A stretch of DNA of 64,000 bases from an uncultured Gammaproteobacteria bacterium (GCA_963797555.1 CAWCPV010000007.1:32001-96000); one strand, 5' to 3'. Shown: positions 29,401 to 40,694, counted from the first letter of the stretch. Program-made: numbers and translations. Notes: generated by a model not told the origin, from the sequence alone.

Positions 29401-29559
29401 TTCACGAGTGCCCTGCCCGTCCAGGTGCTCAAGTCCATGGAGCCGACCCTGGCGCCGGTGCTCGCGAGAGCCGGCCCCGAGGAGAGCAAGCCGGGCGAGC
29501 GGACCTCCCTGGCCAGGGCAACGCCCCGGGGCGGACGCGTCGTGGCCGAGGCCCACTAA
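26470..29559 (+). CDS. Atypical class A PBP-like protein (transglycosylase plus transpeptidase motifs, 1029 aa)
   Basis: N-terminal TM; IENR and GGSTLATQLEK transglycosylase motifs; STAK, SVN and KTGT transpeptidase motifs separated by long insertions. Confidence 0.82.
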   Translation: MMRHVWRSLLQSLSIGGLALAVVAGALVLTWELRTCNWQAHYLSQLGNQLRFQLQPGPSASIRFPSAGPYDVRLGYVRLPEFIRRLRAQGFEITAQARFSPMLTRLTDLGLFTIYHEKTQAGLEILGRDNEVLFSTVEPARVYRDFRAIPPLVVRTLLFIENRELLDDRYPERNPAVEWDRFGRAVFEEVAHRLGSGNHVPGGSTLATQLEKYRHSPEGRTGSVFEKLRQMASAAVRAYLDGPNTADTRRDIAVAYLNSMPLSAVPGYGEVNGLGDGLRIWYGADFHAVNRLLTSLTADSTVPGAPVSRAQAAAYREALTLMLAQRRPAYYLRKGREDLQSLADSYLRALASSGVITSALCDAALRSPVTVRTDPVSEPSYPYATHKAESVLRARLAGALGEARLYDLDRLDLTVKSTLDQPTQRAISETLRKLNDRAYVRASGLVGLRLLGERDDLSRIIYSFTLYERGATGNLLRVQTDNYDQPLDVNEGIRLDLGSTAKLRTLVHYLQIMADLYQQYRGQPPQALKKLDIHHRDHLSRWVVDQLQAKPAMSLRELLDAALQRRYSASPGEAFFTGGGIHTFVNFDKADNHRILSVRDALQNSVNLVFIRLMRDIVYHYLYKPGAIGRELASGGDPLRRQYLERFADEEGKVFLRRFYAKYRGKTPEEMLALLVQGVHVTPWRLATIYRSLYPQSDAGALSAYLRSQRETAKLSDEDIEELYRKYSPQRFNLQDRGYLAHIHPLELWLVGYLIRHPRAGLSEAVAASGRERQEVYAWLFKTRRRWAQDKRIQSLLEVQAFADIHAAWKRLGYPFESLTPSYACAIGASGDRPAALAELIGILLNDGIRNPMVRFESAHFAAGTPYETLVGRGPAHGERVLPTEVATAARSVLAQVVDHGTAVRLKGAYKSPDGKLLMVGGKTGTGDQRREIFGPRGRVIETKVLNRTATFAFMLGERFFGTLTAYVGGAPAAHYHFTSALPVQVLKSMEPTLAPVLARAGPEESKPGERTSLARATPRGGRVVAEAH

Positions 29560-32500
29560 GCGGGTCCTCCCTCTGCACCGATTGAGGAGTGCGCCCGGTC
29601 GCCATCATCGCCGGCCGCCTCCGCCGACGGCGCGAATCCGCGCCGCAGGGTGTTCTCCGTGACTGTGCGTGGCTCCAGGAACTGCAGGAGATAATCGGGG
29701 CCGCCGGCCTTGCTTCCGAGGCCGCTCATCTTGAACCCCCCGAACGGCTGGCGTCCCACGACGGCGCCCGTGATCTTGCGGTTCAGATACAGGTTCCCAA
29801 CCCGGAAGTCCCGCGCCGCCAGGGCCAGGTGACTGGGCAGCCGAGAATAAATGCCGCCGGTGAGGGCGTAAGGCGTGCCGTTGGCCAGATCGATGGCCTG
29901 TCGCAGGTCGCGGGCCCGGAACACGGAGAGCACCGGCCCGAAGATCTCCTCCTGGGCGAGGGCCGAATCGGGCGGCACCTCGGTGAAGATGGTCGGGCCC
30001 ACGTAGAAACCCTCCTGCAGGCCCGATACGTCGGTCTCAAGCGCTACCTTGCTTGTCTGTTTGCCGGCTTGGACCGCCCTGCGGATGCGCTCCGCCGACC
30101 GCGCGTCGATGACCGGGCCGAGGGAGTGGCGGGGCTCCTCGGGGGAACCGATAGGGAGGCTGCGCGCCGCCTCGACCAGGCGCCCCAGAAAACGGTCGTA
30201 GGCCGCGCCCACCGCGATGACGCGCGATGCTGCACTGCACTTTTGGCCCTGGTAGCCGAAGGCCGAGGCGACCGTGCCCAGCACCGCGTCGTCCAGATCG
30301 GCATCGGCGTCGACTACGATAGCGTTCTTGCCGCCCATCTCCGCGATGACGCGCTTCAGATGGTCTTGACCCGGGGCGGTGTGCGCGGCGAGGCGGTAGA
30401 TACGCGTGCCGACCTCGCGGGAGCCCGTGAAGGTGATCAGGTGCACTCCAGGATGCTGCACCAGATAGTCGCCCACGTCGTGGCCCGCACCCGGTAGATA
30501 GGTCACCACGCCCGCAGGCACCCCCGCGTCCCGCAGCAGATCGGTGAACCGGGCCGCCACCACCGGTGTCTGCGACGAGGGCTTCACGATCGCGGTGTTA
30601 CCGGTGACGATGCAGGCCGACAGCATTCCCGCCAGGATGGCGAGGGGGAAGTTCCAGGGGGCGATGACCAGCCCCACTCCGCGGGGCTGATAGAAGTAGC
30701 GGTTCGTCTCCCCTGGTACGTTGAATGCCTGCCCCGCGCTCAGGCGCACCATCTCGCGCGCGTAATATTCCAGGTAGTCGATGGCCTCCACCACATCCGC
30801 ATCCGCCTCGGTCCACCCCTTGCCCGCCTCGAGGATCTCCCAGGCTGCGAACTCGTCGCGCTGCGACCGCAGAAGCTCTGCGGCCCGCAAGAGGAAGCCG
30901 GCGCGCTCCTCGGCCGCGACCTCGCGCCACTGCCGGAAGGCCGACCCGGCCGTTTCCACTGCCCGCTGCGCCGTGCTCTGATCGGAGCCCGCCACACGGC
31001 CGACGACCTCGGAGGGCCGGGCCGGGTTCACTGAATGAATGAACCGCCCCGTGAGCACCTGCTCCGGCCCGATGACCAGCGGATAGTCTCGGCCCAGTTG
31101 GCGGCGCACGGAGATCAGGGCGCTGGCGAAGGCGCCGCGCTCGGCGTCACCGGTGAAGCGGCGCACCGGCTCGTTACGAAACGGGGGGAGGTGCGCTTGC
31201 GCTGTCCGGGGCAACGCTTCGCGCCCGGCGCCGCCGCTCTCCAGGGGCTCGGTCGAGGCTTCCTGTGGCGGCGACTCCGCCGGTGGTGCGACCAGTTCCT
31301 CGGCCGGCAGGTCCTCCACGAAGCTCATGCGCAGGAAGGACTGGCTTGCGGTGTTCTCCAGCAGACGGCGCACCAGATACGCCATTCCGGGAAGCACCTG
31401 CCCGAACGGCAGGTAGACGCGCAGCCGGTAGCCCATGTCCGCCACGGTGTCCTTGAGGGGGTCGGCCATGCCGTACAGCATCTGCAGCTCGAACTGCTCC
31501 GGCGACAGGGCATGGGACTCCGCCAGCGCGATCGCCAACGCCACGCTGCGCACGTTGTGGGTCGCCGCTGCCGCCTCGACATGCGGGTGGTGCTCGAATA
31601 AACGCGCCAGACAGCGCTCGTAGCACCGGTCGGTGCCGGCCTTATCGGTCCACACCGGCGCCGGCCATCCGTGCTGGCTCGCCACGACGGTCTCGTAGTC
31701 CCAATATGCCCCACGGACCAGGCGCACGGTCACCGGCGTGCCGCGCTGCCTGACCCAGGCGAGCAGCGCCTCCAAGTCGGCCTCGGCCTCCGTCAAATAG
31801 GCCTGCAGCGCGATGCCGGCGTCAGGCCAGTCCCGAAGCTCCGGCTCCATCAAGAGCTCGCGGAACACCTTCATTACGATGTGTCGCGTCTGATATTGCT
31901 CCATGTCCAGGCACACGAACGCTCCGCGGCTCCTGGCCAGCCGCAGGATCGCCCGCAGCCGCTGCTTGACGCGCTCCGCGCCGCCCTCTGGGTCATGAGC
32001 CGTCAACTGGGAGTGCAGAGAAGAGAGCTTGACCGACAGGTTGACACGGGGTGATGGGCGGCCGCCCACATTGTCCAGGAGCGGATGCGCGGGCCAGTCT
32101 GCGACCCGGGGTGGGACCTGCTCCAGCAGGCTCAGATACTGGTGCTGATACCCTTCCGCTTCGGCCTCGCTCACGGCCGCCTCGCCCAGCACGTCGAGGC
32201 TGAAGGCCAGGCCGCGGCGGCGCAGGCGTTCCACGCTCCGATAGGCCTCTTCGGGGTCGGCTCCGCCCATGAACCGCCCCGCCAAGCCATGCAGGGTCAT
32301 GCGCACCGCGCCCGCGAGGAGCCGTCCCGACAGCCCCTTGCCGGCCCTATCGATGCCCCACCGGGCCAAGTCTGGAAGGGGAAGCTGATCGTCGGAGAAA
32401 TACTCCTGGAGGTGCTGAACCAGGTCAGCGTCGTCTGTCAGGGTGGGCAGCACGTCGATGAAGCGCAGCGCCTGGACTCGGAAGCCCTCGTCGGCCATGA

Positions 32501-32624
32501 GCTTCTGAAGCAGGGTGGACTCCCAGTGCGCGCGCGCCCAGAACGACGACGCACGTTCCCTGGCGCCGCGCACCAAGCGCGTGCCCAGCTCGCGGACCCG
32601 TTGTTCCAACTGTGCCTGGCGCAT
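29556..32624 (-). CDS. putA: Bifunctional proline dehydrogenase / P5C dehydrogenase
   Basis: DVLGEA, LDMEQY, RLVRGAYWD, ATHN, YLVRRLLEN (PRODH); PWNFP, EMGGKN, GQKCSA, EEIFGP (ALDH). Confidence 0.93.
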   Translation of the reverse strand: MRQAQLEQRVRELGTRLVRGARERASSFWARAHWESTLLQKLMADEGFRVQALRFIDVLPTLTDDADLVQHLQEYFSDDQLPLPDLARWGIDRAGKGLSGRLLAGAVRMTLHGLAGRFMGGADPEEAYRSVERLRRRGLAFSLDVLGEAAVSEAEAEGYQHQYLSLLEQVPPRVADWPAHPLLDNVGGRPSPRVNLSVKLSSLHSQLTAHDPEGGAERVKQRLRAILRLARSRGAFVCLDMEQYQTRHIVMKVFRELLMEPELRDWPDAGIALQAYLTEAEADLEALLAWVRQRGTPVTVRLVRGAYWDYETVVASQHGWPAPVWTDKAGTDRCYERCLARLFEHHPHVEAAAATHNVRSVALAIALAESHALSPEQFELQMLYGMADPLKDTVADMGYRLRVYLPFGQVLPGMAYLVRRLLENTASQSFLRMSFVEDLPAEELVAPPAESPPQEASTEPLESGGAGREALPRTAQAHLPPFRNEPVRRFTGDAERGAFASALISVRRQLGRDYPLVIGPEQVLTGRFIHSVNPARPSEVVGRVAGSDQSTAQRAVETAGSAFRQWREVAAEERAGFLLRAAELLRSQRDEFAAWEILEAGKGWTEADADVVEAIDYLEYYAREMVRLSAGQAFNVPGETNRYFYQPRGVGLVIAPWNFPLAILAGMLSACIVTGNTAIVKPSSQTPVVAARFTDLLRDAGVPAGVVTYLPGAGHDVGDYLVQHPGVHLITFTGSREVGTRIYRLAAHTAPGQDHLKRVIAEMGGKNAIVVDADADLDDAVLGTVASAFGYQGQKCSAASRVIAVGAAYDRFLGRLVEAARSLPIGSPEEPRHSLGPVIDARSAERIRRAVQAGKQTSKVALETDVSGLQEGFYVGPTIFTEVPPDSALAQEEIFGPVLSVFRARDLRQAIDLANGTPYALTGGIYSRLPSHLALAARDFRVGNLYLNRKITGAVVGRQPFGGFKMSGLGSKAGGPDYLLQFLEPRTVTENTLRRGFAPSAEAAGDDGDRAHSSIGAEGGPA

Positions 32625-32949
32625 GACGGAACCCTCACGCCGTATCCGGGAGCCCGAAGGCTCAACGCGCCGCGCTCGCCTCGCCCGTTGACGTTCTCCC
32701 GCCCAGGGCTTCGACCGGGCAGCCGAGAGCGGCGTCCCTAATACTATGCCCTCGAGGTACCATCGGGGACCAATCGGCGTCGTTGCGGGGGGACCCGTCC
32801 CCGAGGCTCCACGTCCGTGCTGGGAACGCTCAAAGCCGAGACCCGGCAAGCCATGGGATGCGAAGGCAAGGGCCAGGAGCTGAAGCGAGCTGGATGCCTG
32901 GCTGCCAAACTGGATCTGCAGCGTTTGCTGCGGTTAAGATCCCGGCGCC

Positions 32950-33298
32950 ATGGCTTTGCGTAAATCGACTACCGACTGGCAGTCGTCCGAGCGGGCTCGG
33001 CGCGGCTTTCTCGAGGACATCGGACGGGAACAGCAGCAGCAGGCTCGAACCGCCCGCAAGCAGTTCGAAGATGCCACGGAGGCGTCCGGACGCGCTACGC
33101 GAAGGAGATCCGACGGACGTGACGCTGAAGCGTACGAGCACGCCTACCACGGACCTGCTGGTCCTCGGCAGGCAGGTATTCCAGGTGAGCGGGCGTCCGA
33201 GCCCAAAGGACCTGGCGTCGCGGCTGGCCAAGCGCGCGCAGCGCCCGGTCCGCTGCTCCCGTGACGGAGCCCCGCCCTTCGGTCTCTCCGATCCGTAG
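32950..33298 (+). CDS. Possible small hypothetical protein with a frameshift near 33085
   Basis: MALRKSTTDWQSSERARRGFLEDIGREQ... continues plausibly as DALREGDPTDVTLKR...LLVLGRQVFQV in another frame; no family recognised. Confidence 0.35.
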
Positions 33299-33497
33299 GC
33301 TCGCCCTCCTGGCGGCGAGCCTCTCCACGCTTCAACGGACGGTCCTCGGTTAGCCCGCTGCCATCCATCCTGCCGCGTCCAGCAGCCGTTAGCGGTCCAG
33401 GAAAGCGCTGCGCTCGTGACCCAGCCTCACGCGCATGCCGCACTGCGGCTCCTGGGGAGCACGATCTCCGGGGTGGCGAAGCGGCTTGGAGCCCGCC

Positions 33498-34193
33498 ATG
33501 AGCCAGAGCGCATTCGGAATCGTTGTGCTCCTCATCGTCTGGATCGGTTACTTCGCCCTGCATTCGCTGCTGGCGGCGCTCAGCGTCAAGAGCCTGCTGA
33601 CCCGCCGCTGGCCCGCTCTGGGGCCTGCCTATCGTCTCCTGTACAACGCCGTTGCGCTGCTCTTGGTCGTCCCTGCGCTGTGGCTCACCTTCGCCCTCGA
33701 TGGGCCATACCTCTGGCGATGGGCAGGTCCGTGGGCATGGGTCAGCAGCCTGGGCGCTGTCGTTTCGCTGCTCGGCTTCGTGTGGTCGTTGAGGTACTAC
33801 GACGGGCTGGAATTCGCGGGCTGGCGGCAGTGGCAGAGAAGGGCAAACCCTTCCCAAGACTTGGGGCCCTTTATCCTATCGCCGCTGCACCGATTCGTGC
33901 GCCATCCCTGGTACTTTTTGGGTCTGATGTTGGCTTGGACGCGCGACATGACCGTTCCGCTTCTGGTGAGCGTCCTCGCAATGACGCTGTACCTCATCGT
34001 GGGATCACGCCTGGAAGAGCGCAAGCTGATCCAGCACCACGGCGAGATCTACCGCCGATACCGGGTGCGAGTGCCGGCCCTGGTTCCGTTACCCTGGCGT
34101 TATCTTCGCCGCGCGGAGGCCGAGGCGCTCCTGCAGGCAGCGCGCCCTGCCGGCGTGGGCCCAGGACAGGTGCCGGGAGCCGGCCCGTGCTAG
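33498..34193 (+). CDS. NnrU / isoprenylcysteine carboxyl methyltransferase-like membrane protein
   Basis: HSLLA...K, YRL.YN, HRFVRHPWY, YL.VGS.LEE.KL....G..Y..Y..RVP motifs. Confidence 0.85.
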   Translation: MSQSAFGIVVLLIVWIGYFALHSLLAALSVKSLLTRRWPALGPAYRLLYNAVALLLVVPALWLTFALDGPYLWRWAGPWAWVSSLGAVVSLLGFVWSLRYYDGLEFAGWRQWQRRANPSQDLGPFILSPLHRFVRHPWYFLGLMLAWTRDMTVPLLVSVLAMTLYLIVGSRLEERKLIQHHGEIYRRYRVRVPALVPLPWRYLRRAEAEALLQAARPAGVGPGQVPGAGPC

Positions 34194-34234
34194 CCGTGCA
34201 GAGCAATCGGCACACCGGGCCGGTCGACGGTCCA

Positions 34235-34420
34235 GAGCCTTGTGACGGCCGTGCCGAGATTCCCGGCCGTTCGGTGCTCAGGTGCCGATGGGTGCGCTGA
34301 ACAGCGCGCGTATTCAGGCTCCACGCCTTACGACGCGCGCCGTGAGCTGTCGGCAAGCATGGAGGGAGCACCGCTGCAGCACCACTGTCGGGACGCGCAG
34401 CAGACTCGATCACAAGGCTC
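34235..34420. mobile_element. MITE copy 5 (divergent, 186 bp)
   Basis: GAGCCTTGTGA...TCACAAGGCTC; 3' part TCGGGACGCGCAGCAGA shared with copy 1; flanks CCA/TCA. Confidence 0.68.
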
Positions 34421-34497
34421 TCACCCCTGCCGCCCGCAGATGGGGGAGGGGGACTCGGGACCCCCGTGGCGCATTTGAACGATAACGAGGAAGGTCG

Positions 34498-35861
34498 ATG
34501 GCACTCGATCCCGCTAGGTTTCCTCAGGACATGACGGATGCACTGGCCTGCTACCCACTGCTGGACGCCTTGCGCGGTCGGCGCTCGCGGCGCTTCGGCA
34601 TGGGAATGGAGATCGGGCATGGCCCCTTCACCTACCGCAGCCCGCACTTGCCGTTGCCGCTTACCGAGGCCGAAGAGGCGGCGCTGGCTTTCGCGGCTTG
34701 CGGGATCACCGGCTATGCTCTGGCCGACCTGGCATACGGGCCCGGTCAAGGCGGAAGCATGTTGGCAGGTTTGCTGGGCCGGACCATCGCGAGCGCCGAC
34801 GCGATCAACACGGTATCGCTGGTTGTCACGAACGACCAAGCTACCTATCTGCTGCGGCGCCCCCAGGACTTCGACCCCGTCGAAATCCCAGAGCTGATTC
34901 GCCTGGCCCAAGCTGGCGACCTGACGGAGCTTGCGGTCGCGTCGAGATAGGCCAGGGGCGGGCCGCGCCGCCAGTGGAGCCAGGGTACAACTTCAACATC
35001 AACAAGTGGTCGCTCTATGCGCCGGGTGGCACGTACCTTCTGCCCATCAACGAGCTGACCGGGATCTACATCAATGCCCTGCTGGAGGCATTCGACGAGA
35101 CCATGGCGCTGTTCATTCTGGACGATCGGGCCAACTTCCGTCCCGCGGGAGTCGGCCGATTTGCACGCAGCAAGGGCGGCCATTTGGTGGACGATCCCGG
35201 CGCAGGCCGTGTCGCCACGGTGCTGGCGATAGAGATGTCGCTGGCCGAGGCCGTGTCCGTGGAGCAGGGAATGATGCTGCAGAACCTGGGGCTCATGAGC
35301 CAGGCGCTTGGCTTGGGCGGCTTTCCGAATTTCGCTCGTCACGAGTTCGGGTGGTTCGAAGCCCTCGGCTTTCGGATGGGGGCGATGCCGGCCAGCCGTT
35401 ACTTCGGTGCCAGCCGCTTGGTCTCCACGCTGTTGGCGCTCTTCGGCCGCGACCGGCCGGTGTCCTATCCCCTGGGCCTGGAACGTAACGACGACACCCT
35501 CCTTAAACCCTACTGTCCCCCGTACTATGCGACGATGGCAGCGGCGGTCCGTGCCTATGTCGAGTACAAGTTCGGGTCACAGGGCGTGTTTCGCGGTGGC
35601 GCAGGCAACAGCGGCTGGCGCGAGCCCGCGACGGCGACCTCCCAGATCCCTGCGCCGAGCGAGGGGGCGATCGCCGCGACCGTCGCATACTGCGACTATG
35701 TCTACCAGCGCTACGGCCGCTTTCCGGCTTACAGTGCGCCGTTTCGCACCGTCTTGGGCTACCAGGCCACCCACGTCGATGCGGACTTTTATGACCGCTT
35801 CTACCGGCCCGAAGCGCTCACCGCTACTCAGCGTGACCATCGGACCCGCTGCCGCACGTGA
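34498..35861 (+). CDS. Nitroreductase-like hypothetical protein; frameshift near 34940
   Basis: L..RRSRRF..G, PL.E.EEA.L.FAA.G.TG and E.GMMLQNL.L..QALGLGG motifs of the nitroreductase fold. Confidence 0.7.
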
Positions 35862-35941
35862 CGAGCCCAAGTGAAGTCTCCGCGCGTCCGCCGCGAGGCA
35901 GGCCGGGGCGCCGGGGCGACGCTGCTGCCTGTGGCGTCCGC

Positions 35942-36779
35942 CTATACCCCACTGGGCGGCGGCCCGAGCCCCTCGATTCTGGTAACCCTTCGGGTAGGTG
36001 GGCCGGCGAAGGGCGGTGCGCAGGCGCGGCCGGCGCCTCGCTGGCAGCAGTCGCGAGAGCCGCGCCCGAAGGCGTAGGGCAGTCTCCACGGTTTGCCGCC
36101 AGCCTCTGGAGGGAGCGGGGAAGCCGAAAGCCTCCCGCAGCGGATCGTCGAGCAGAGCGGCAATCGCTGCCCGCACCACGGGGTGCAGGGGGCCGGGGAA
36201 CCAGCCTGCGAACAGCGAGCGGGTCGCCTCGCCCACCGCCCGGCCTGCTTCAGAGTAGCGGTAGGTCGAGCGCTCGTAGTCCCTGTTGAAACGCTCCAGG
36301 TCCTCGTAGCGCTCCGGCAAATCGCGAATCCCCATGCGACGGCCGACCTCCAACCAGAAGTGGAGCCAGCCCAGCCGTTCCCAGTCGGTCATGGGCCGCC
36401 AGCCGAAGCGGGCATTCCAGCGGATGGGCTCCAGCGCGAACGTCGACAGCACGTAGACGAAGTCTTCGTTGGCGATGCGGAAGCGCCCGTGGATCCCGTT
36501 CATGCGGGCGATGGCCCGCCGCCCACGCTCCGAGTCGTACCCGCACTCCAGCAGCTCGGAGACGATCAGGTCGGTGTCGTCATAGCGCTTCTGGGGCCGC
36601 GCCTCGAACTCCCCGGTGGCGTGCAGCAGCCCCCCGATGCGCGGGCTGGCGAAGGTGCGGAACAGGGCAAGCTCGAGCGAACGGGTGGTATCCCATGGGA
36701 ACTCCCAACAGGCCAGCCGGTAAGCGATGGCCTGGCACTCCCGCACCGGGTCCAGCCCGCCTTGCGGACGCGCCAGCAT
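35942..36779 (-). CDS. Oxygenase MpaB / DUF2236 family protein; frameshift near 35980
   Basis: ALFRTFA.P.I..LL..TGEF...PQKRYDDT...MN.IH....I.NEDF.YVL.TF, G.RMGI motifs. Confidence 0.85.
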
Positions 36780-37013
36780 CCCTACCCCCGGGCCGCGACC
36801 GGCAGCGGCACCGAATTACAACCGCCGGTCATCCGGCGGACATGGCCGGTGGGGTCGACCGCGAACCCGTCGATGTCCGCGGCGTGGACGGGGCGCGCGT
36901 TTTCGGCCACGCCATCCACTTCCCAAGGGCGACGGTGAAGCTGGCGCGCGCTACCCTGAAAACACCCCGCAGGCCATCCTCACCACAGACCGGCAGGAGT
37001 CGCCAGCCCCGGA

Positions 37014-37052
37014 AAAAACAAGAAAGCCCCACCGACGTCCGGTGGGGCCTTT
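37014..37052 (-). terminator. Rho-independent terminator after groEL
   Basis: Stem GCCCCACCG/CGGTGGGGC followed on the minus strand by TTTCTTGTTTTTT. Confidence 0.85.
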
Positions 37053-37079
37053 GGTAACATCGCTCCGGACGGGATCCGA

Positions 37080-38732
<1,653 letters not shown>

Positions 38733-39450
38733 TTATAGCATCGTTGACACACCGGGATTCCCCGGGGCTCACGTCGAACTCGGACTCCTGGACGGTCCCT
38801 CAGGGCCGTCGAGCGGCGCTTCCTGCATTGACGCCGGCCGTGTCTCACCGCGTTGAAGGCGGGAGACGTGCCTGTCTGCGATGCATCAGCGATCCTCTGA
38901 AGGCGCTCACTACAATGTACTGATCGTTCAGATTTCCTATCTCGCATCTCGATCCAGTCCCCGCGCTCTGTCAGAAGAGGGTGAGGGCGACGATTGGCTT
39001 GTCCACGCCATGCCGGCACCGGCGCGTTATTCCGCCAACGGGCAGACACATTATCACCAAGCTGGGCGCTCATCTACTACTTGGCGGGGCGGCTTTGGCA
39101 CGGCAGAGCGAGGCCGCCGCCCGACCCCCTGAGTCGGTCCCGACCGTAGAACCCGCCGGGAGTCAGCCCGGCATGACCGCCTCATGCCGCTCCTGGGGCC
39201 GCGCCTGGAGTTACGACCTCTCGAGGTGGCACACCGAGCGCGTTCGGCGGATACCCGCGCAAAGGGTGCAGGCCGGGATCCGAGGGCAGCGAGCCGAGCC
39301 CCCCGAACAGGAGGAGCGGTTAGCGCTCGGTCGCCTCGTTGACCGAGGGGTCTCACCGGAGTTCGCGGCCAGGCGCGCGGTTGGCTCGCGATCGGCGGAG
39401 GCTGCCGCGGTTGTCATCGTAATGACATGAAAGCATAAGGAAACTTTAAG

Positions 39451-39485
39451 CTTTCCACAGCACCTGTGGATATCTCCGTGGACAA
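39451..39485. promoter_or_regulatory. Cluster of three DnaA-box-like 9-mers (DARS-like arrangement)
   Basis: CTTTCCACA (+), 5 bp, TGTGGATAT (-), 3 bp, CGTGGACAA (-); 1, 1 and 2 mismatches to TTWTNCACA; AT-rich left flank. Confidence 0.55.
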
Positions 39486-39714
39486 CTGTCAGATAAGCGG
39501 CATAGAGCCCCGCGTTTCAAGCCCGTTCGCCGATCTGGCGAGTCTCTCGCCATCGGGATGAAACAGTATGCGAGGCAGTGAGTTTTGAGCGGCCGTGCAA
39601 GTCATTTGGAGGCGCCGAGCGCTCGCCCAGGCGCCTGCCTATCGGCCCATGGCACTCTGTGCACAACTGCCTGAGGTCGGTTACTATGCACTGGCCGGGG
39701 TGGAGGGGGGGAGC

Positions 39715-40062
39715 ATGAACGACACACTATTCCCGTTCGGGCAGATCGTGACCTCACCAGGGGTGCTGGCGGCGTTGCAGGAGGCCGAACAATCGGTCGG
39801 CGAGTTCTTGCAGCGCCATGGTACGGGGGATTGGGGGGAGGTCGACGAAGACCATCGTCAGCAGAACGCACGCGCCCTGGAGCGGGGCCTGCGTTTGCTC
39901 AGCATCTACCGCACCTGCCGAGATACCGAGCTCTGGTGCATCACTGAGGCGGGGCGCAGCGTGACCCTGCTGGTGCTGCCCGAGGAATATCTCTACCCAA
40001 AGAAACGCCGGCCCGGGCGGCGCAGCGCAGCCGCGCGGGGACACCAGCTTCAGGGACCATAG
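39715..40062 (+). CDS. Small conserved plasmid/ICE-associated hypothetical protein
   Basis: LF..GQIV.TPG-like, L.RH..GDWG......N..AL..G.RLLS.Y, W.ITE..RSVT...LPEEY family signature. Confidence 0.8.
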   Translation: MNDTLFPFGQIVTSPGVLAALQEAEQSVGEFLQRHGTGDWGEVDEDHRQQNARALERGLRLLSIYRTCRDTELWCITEAGRSVTLLVLPEEYLYPKKRRPGRRSAAARGHQLQGP

Positions 40063-40491
40063 CCTCGCAGGCAGCGTCGGTCCGAGAGCACTCGGGGCTG
40101 AGGCGAGCCACGGTTGTCGCCGTGGCAGCGCTCGATGCCCGTGCTTGAGTGGCCTGGACGACGTGCGTGGAAACGTCGGCGGCGCACCCGAGGGGCGAGA
40201 TCAGAGACAGGCCCACGCGCGGCCCTGCACGTCCGCCGAGCGCTCCAGTGGGGCCGCGGCGGTTTGCCGCGGATAACCGGGGACCCCGTGATCTGCAGGG
40301 CCGCAGCCACCCCGAGCGATGTGCTTCAGCCGGTCACACCGTCCGCGCAAGCGACGGATTAGCGGCTAAAAGGCTCTAGCGCGCGGGCTTGCCCTCCCGG
40401 CGGCCGACGAACCTGCCGGCTCCCGCCGTCTTGGGGTGGCACCAGTCAGGAACCGGAGGAATCACGGAAAGTACGAAAAGGCCGGGCGACT

Positions 40492-40676
40492 TACCCTCTG
40501 CGCATCCTACGTCTCTCCGACCTGCATGAGCGCGGGGCCCGCGAGGAGAAGCACTGGCGCCGCCCGGTCCTCGGACTGGCTTGGGGCCAATCTGGGGGCC
40601 CTCGCTCGCGAGGAGAAGCCCTTCGACGTGGTCTGCTTCACCGGCGACGGCCGACTGGGGGATGCTGGCGGAATAC
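40492..40676 (+). pseudogene. N-terminal fragment of a metallophosphoesterase
   Basis: Across three frames: YPLRILRLSDLHERG...(fs)...PFDVVCFTGD(fs)ADWG..AEY, i.e. the DxH and GD motifs; truncated by the convergent gene. Confidence 0.6.
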
Positions 40677-40694
40677 AGGTCTGCGCCGGGCGGG

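Noticed and set aside
39451-39485. DnaA boxes as oriC
   Set aside because: Only three boxes, no clear unwinding element, and no dnaA/gidA/parAB context.
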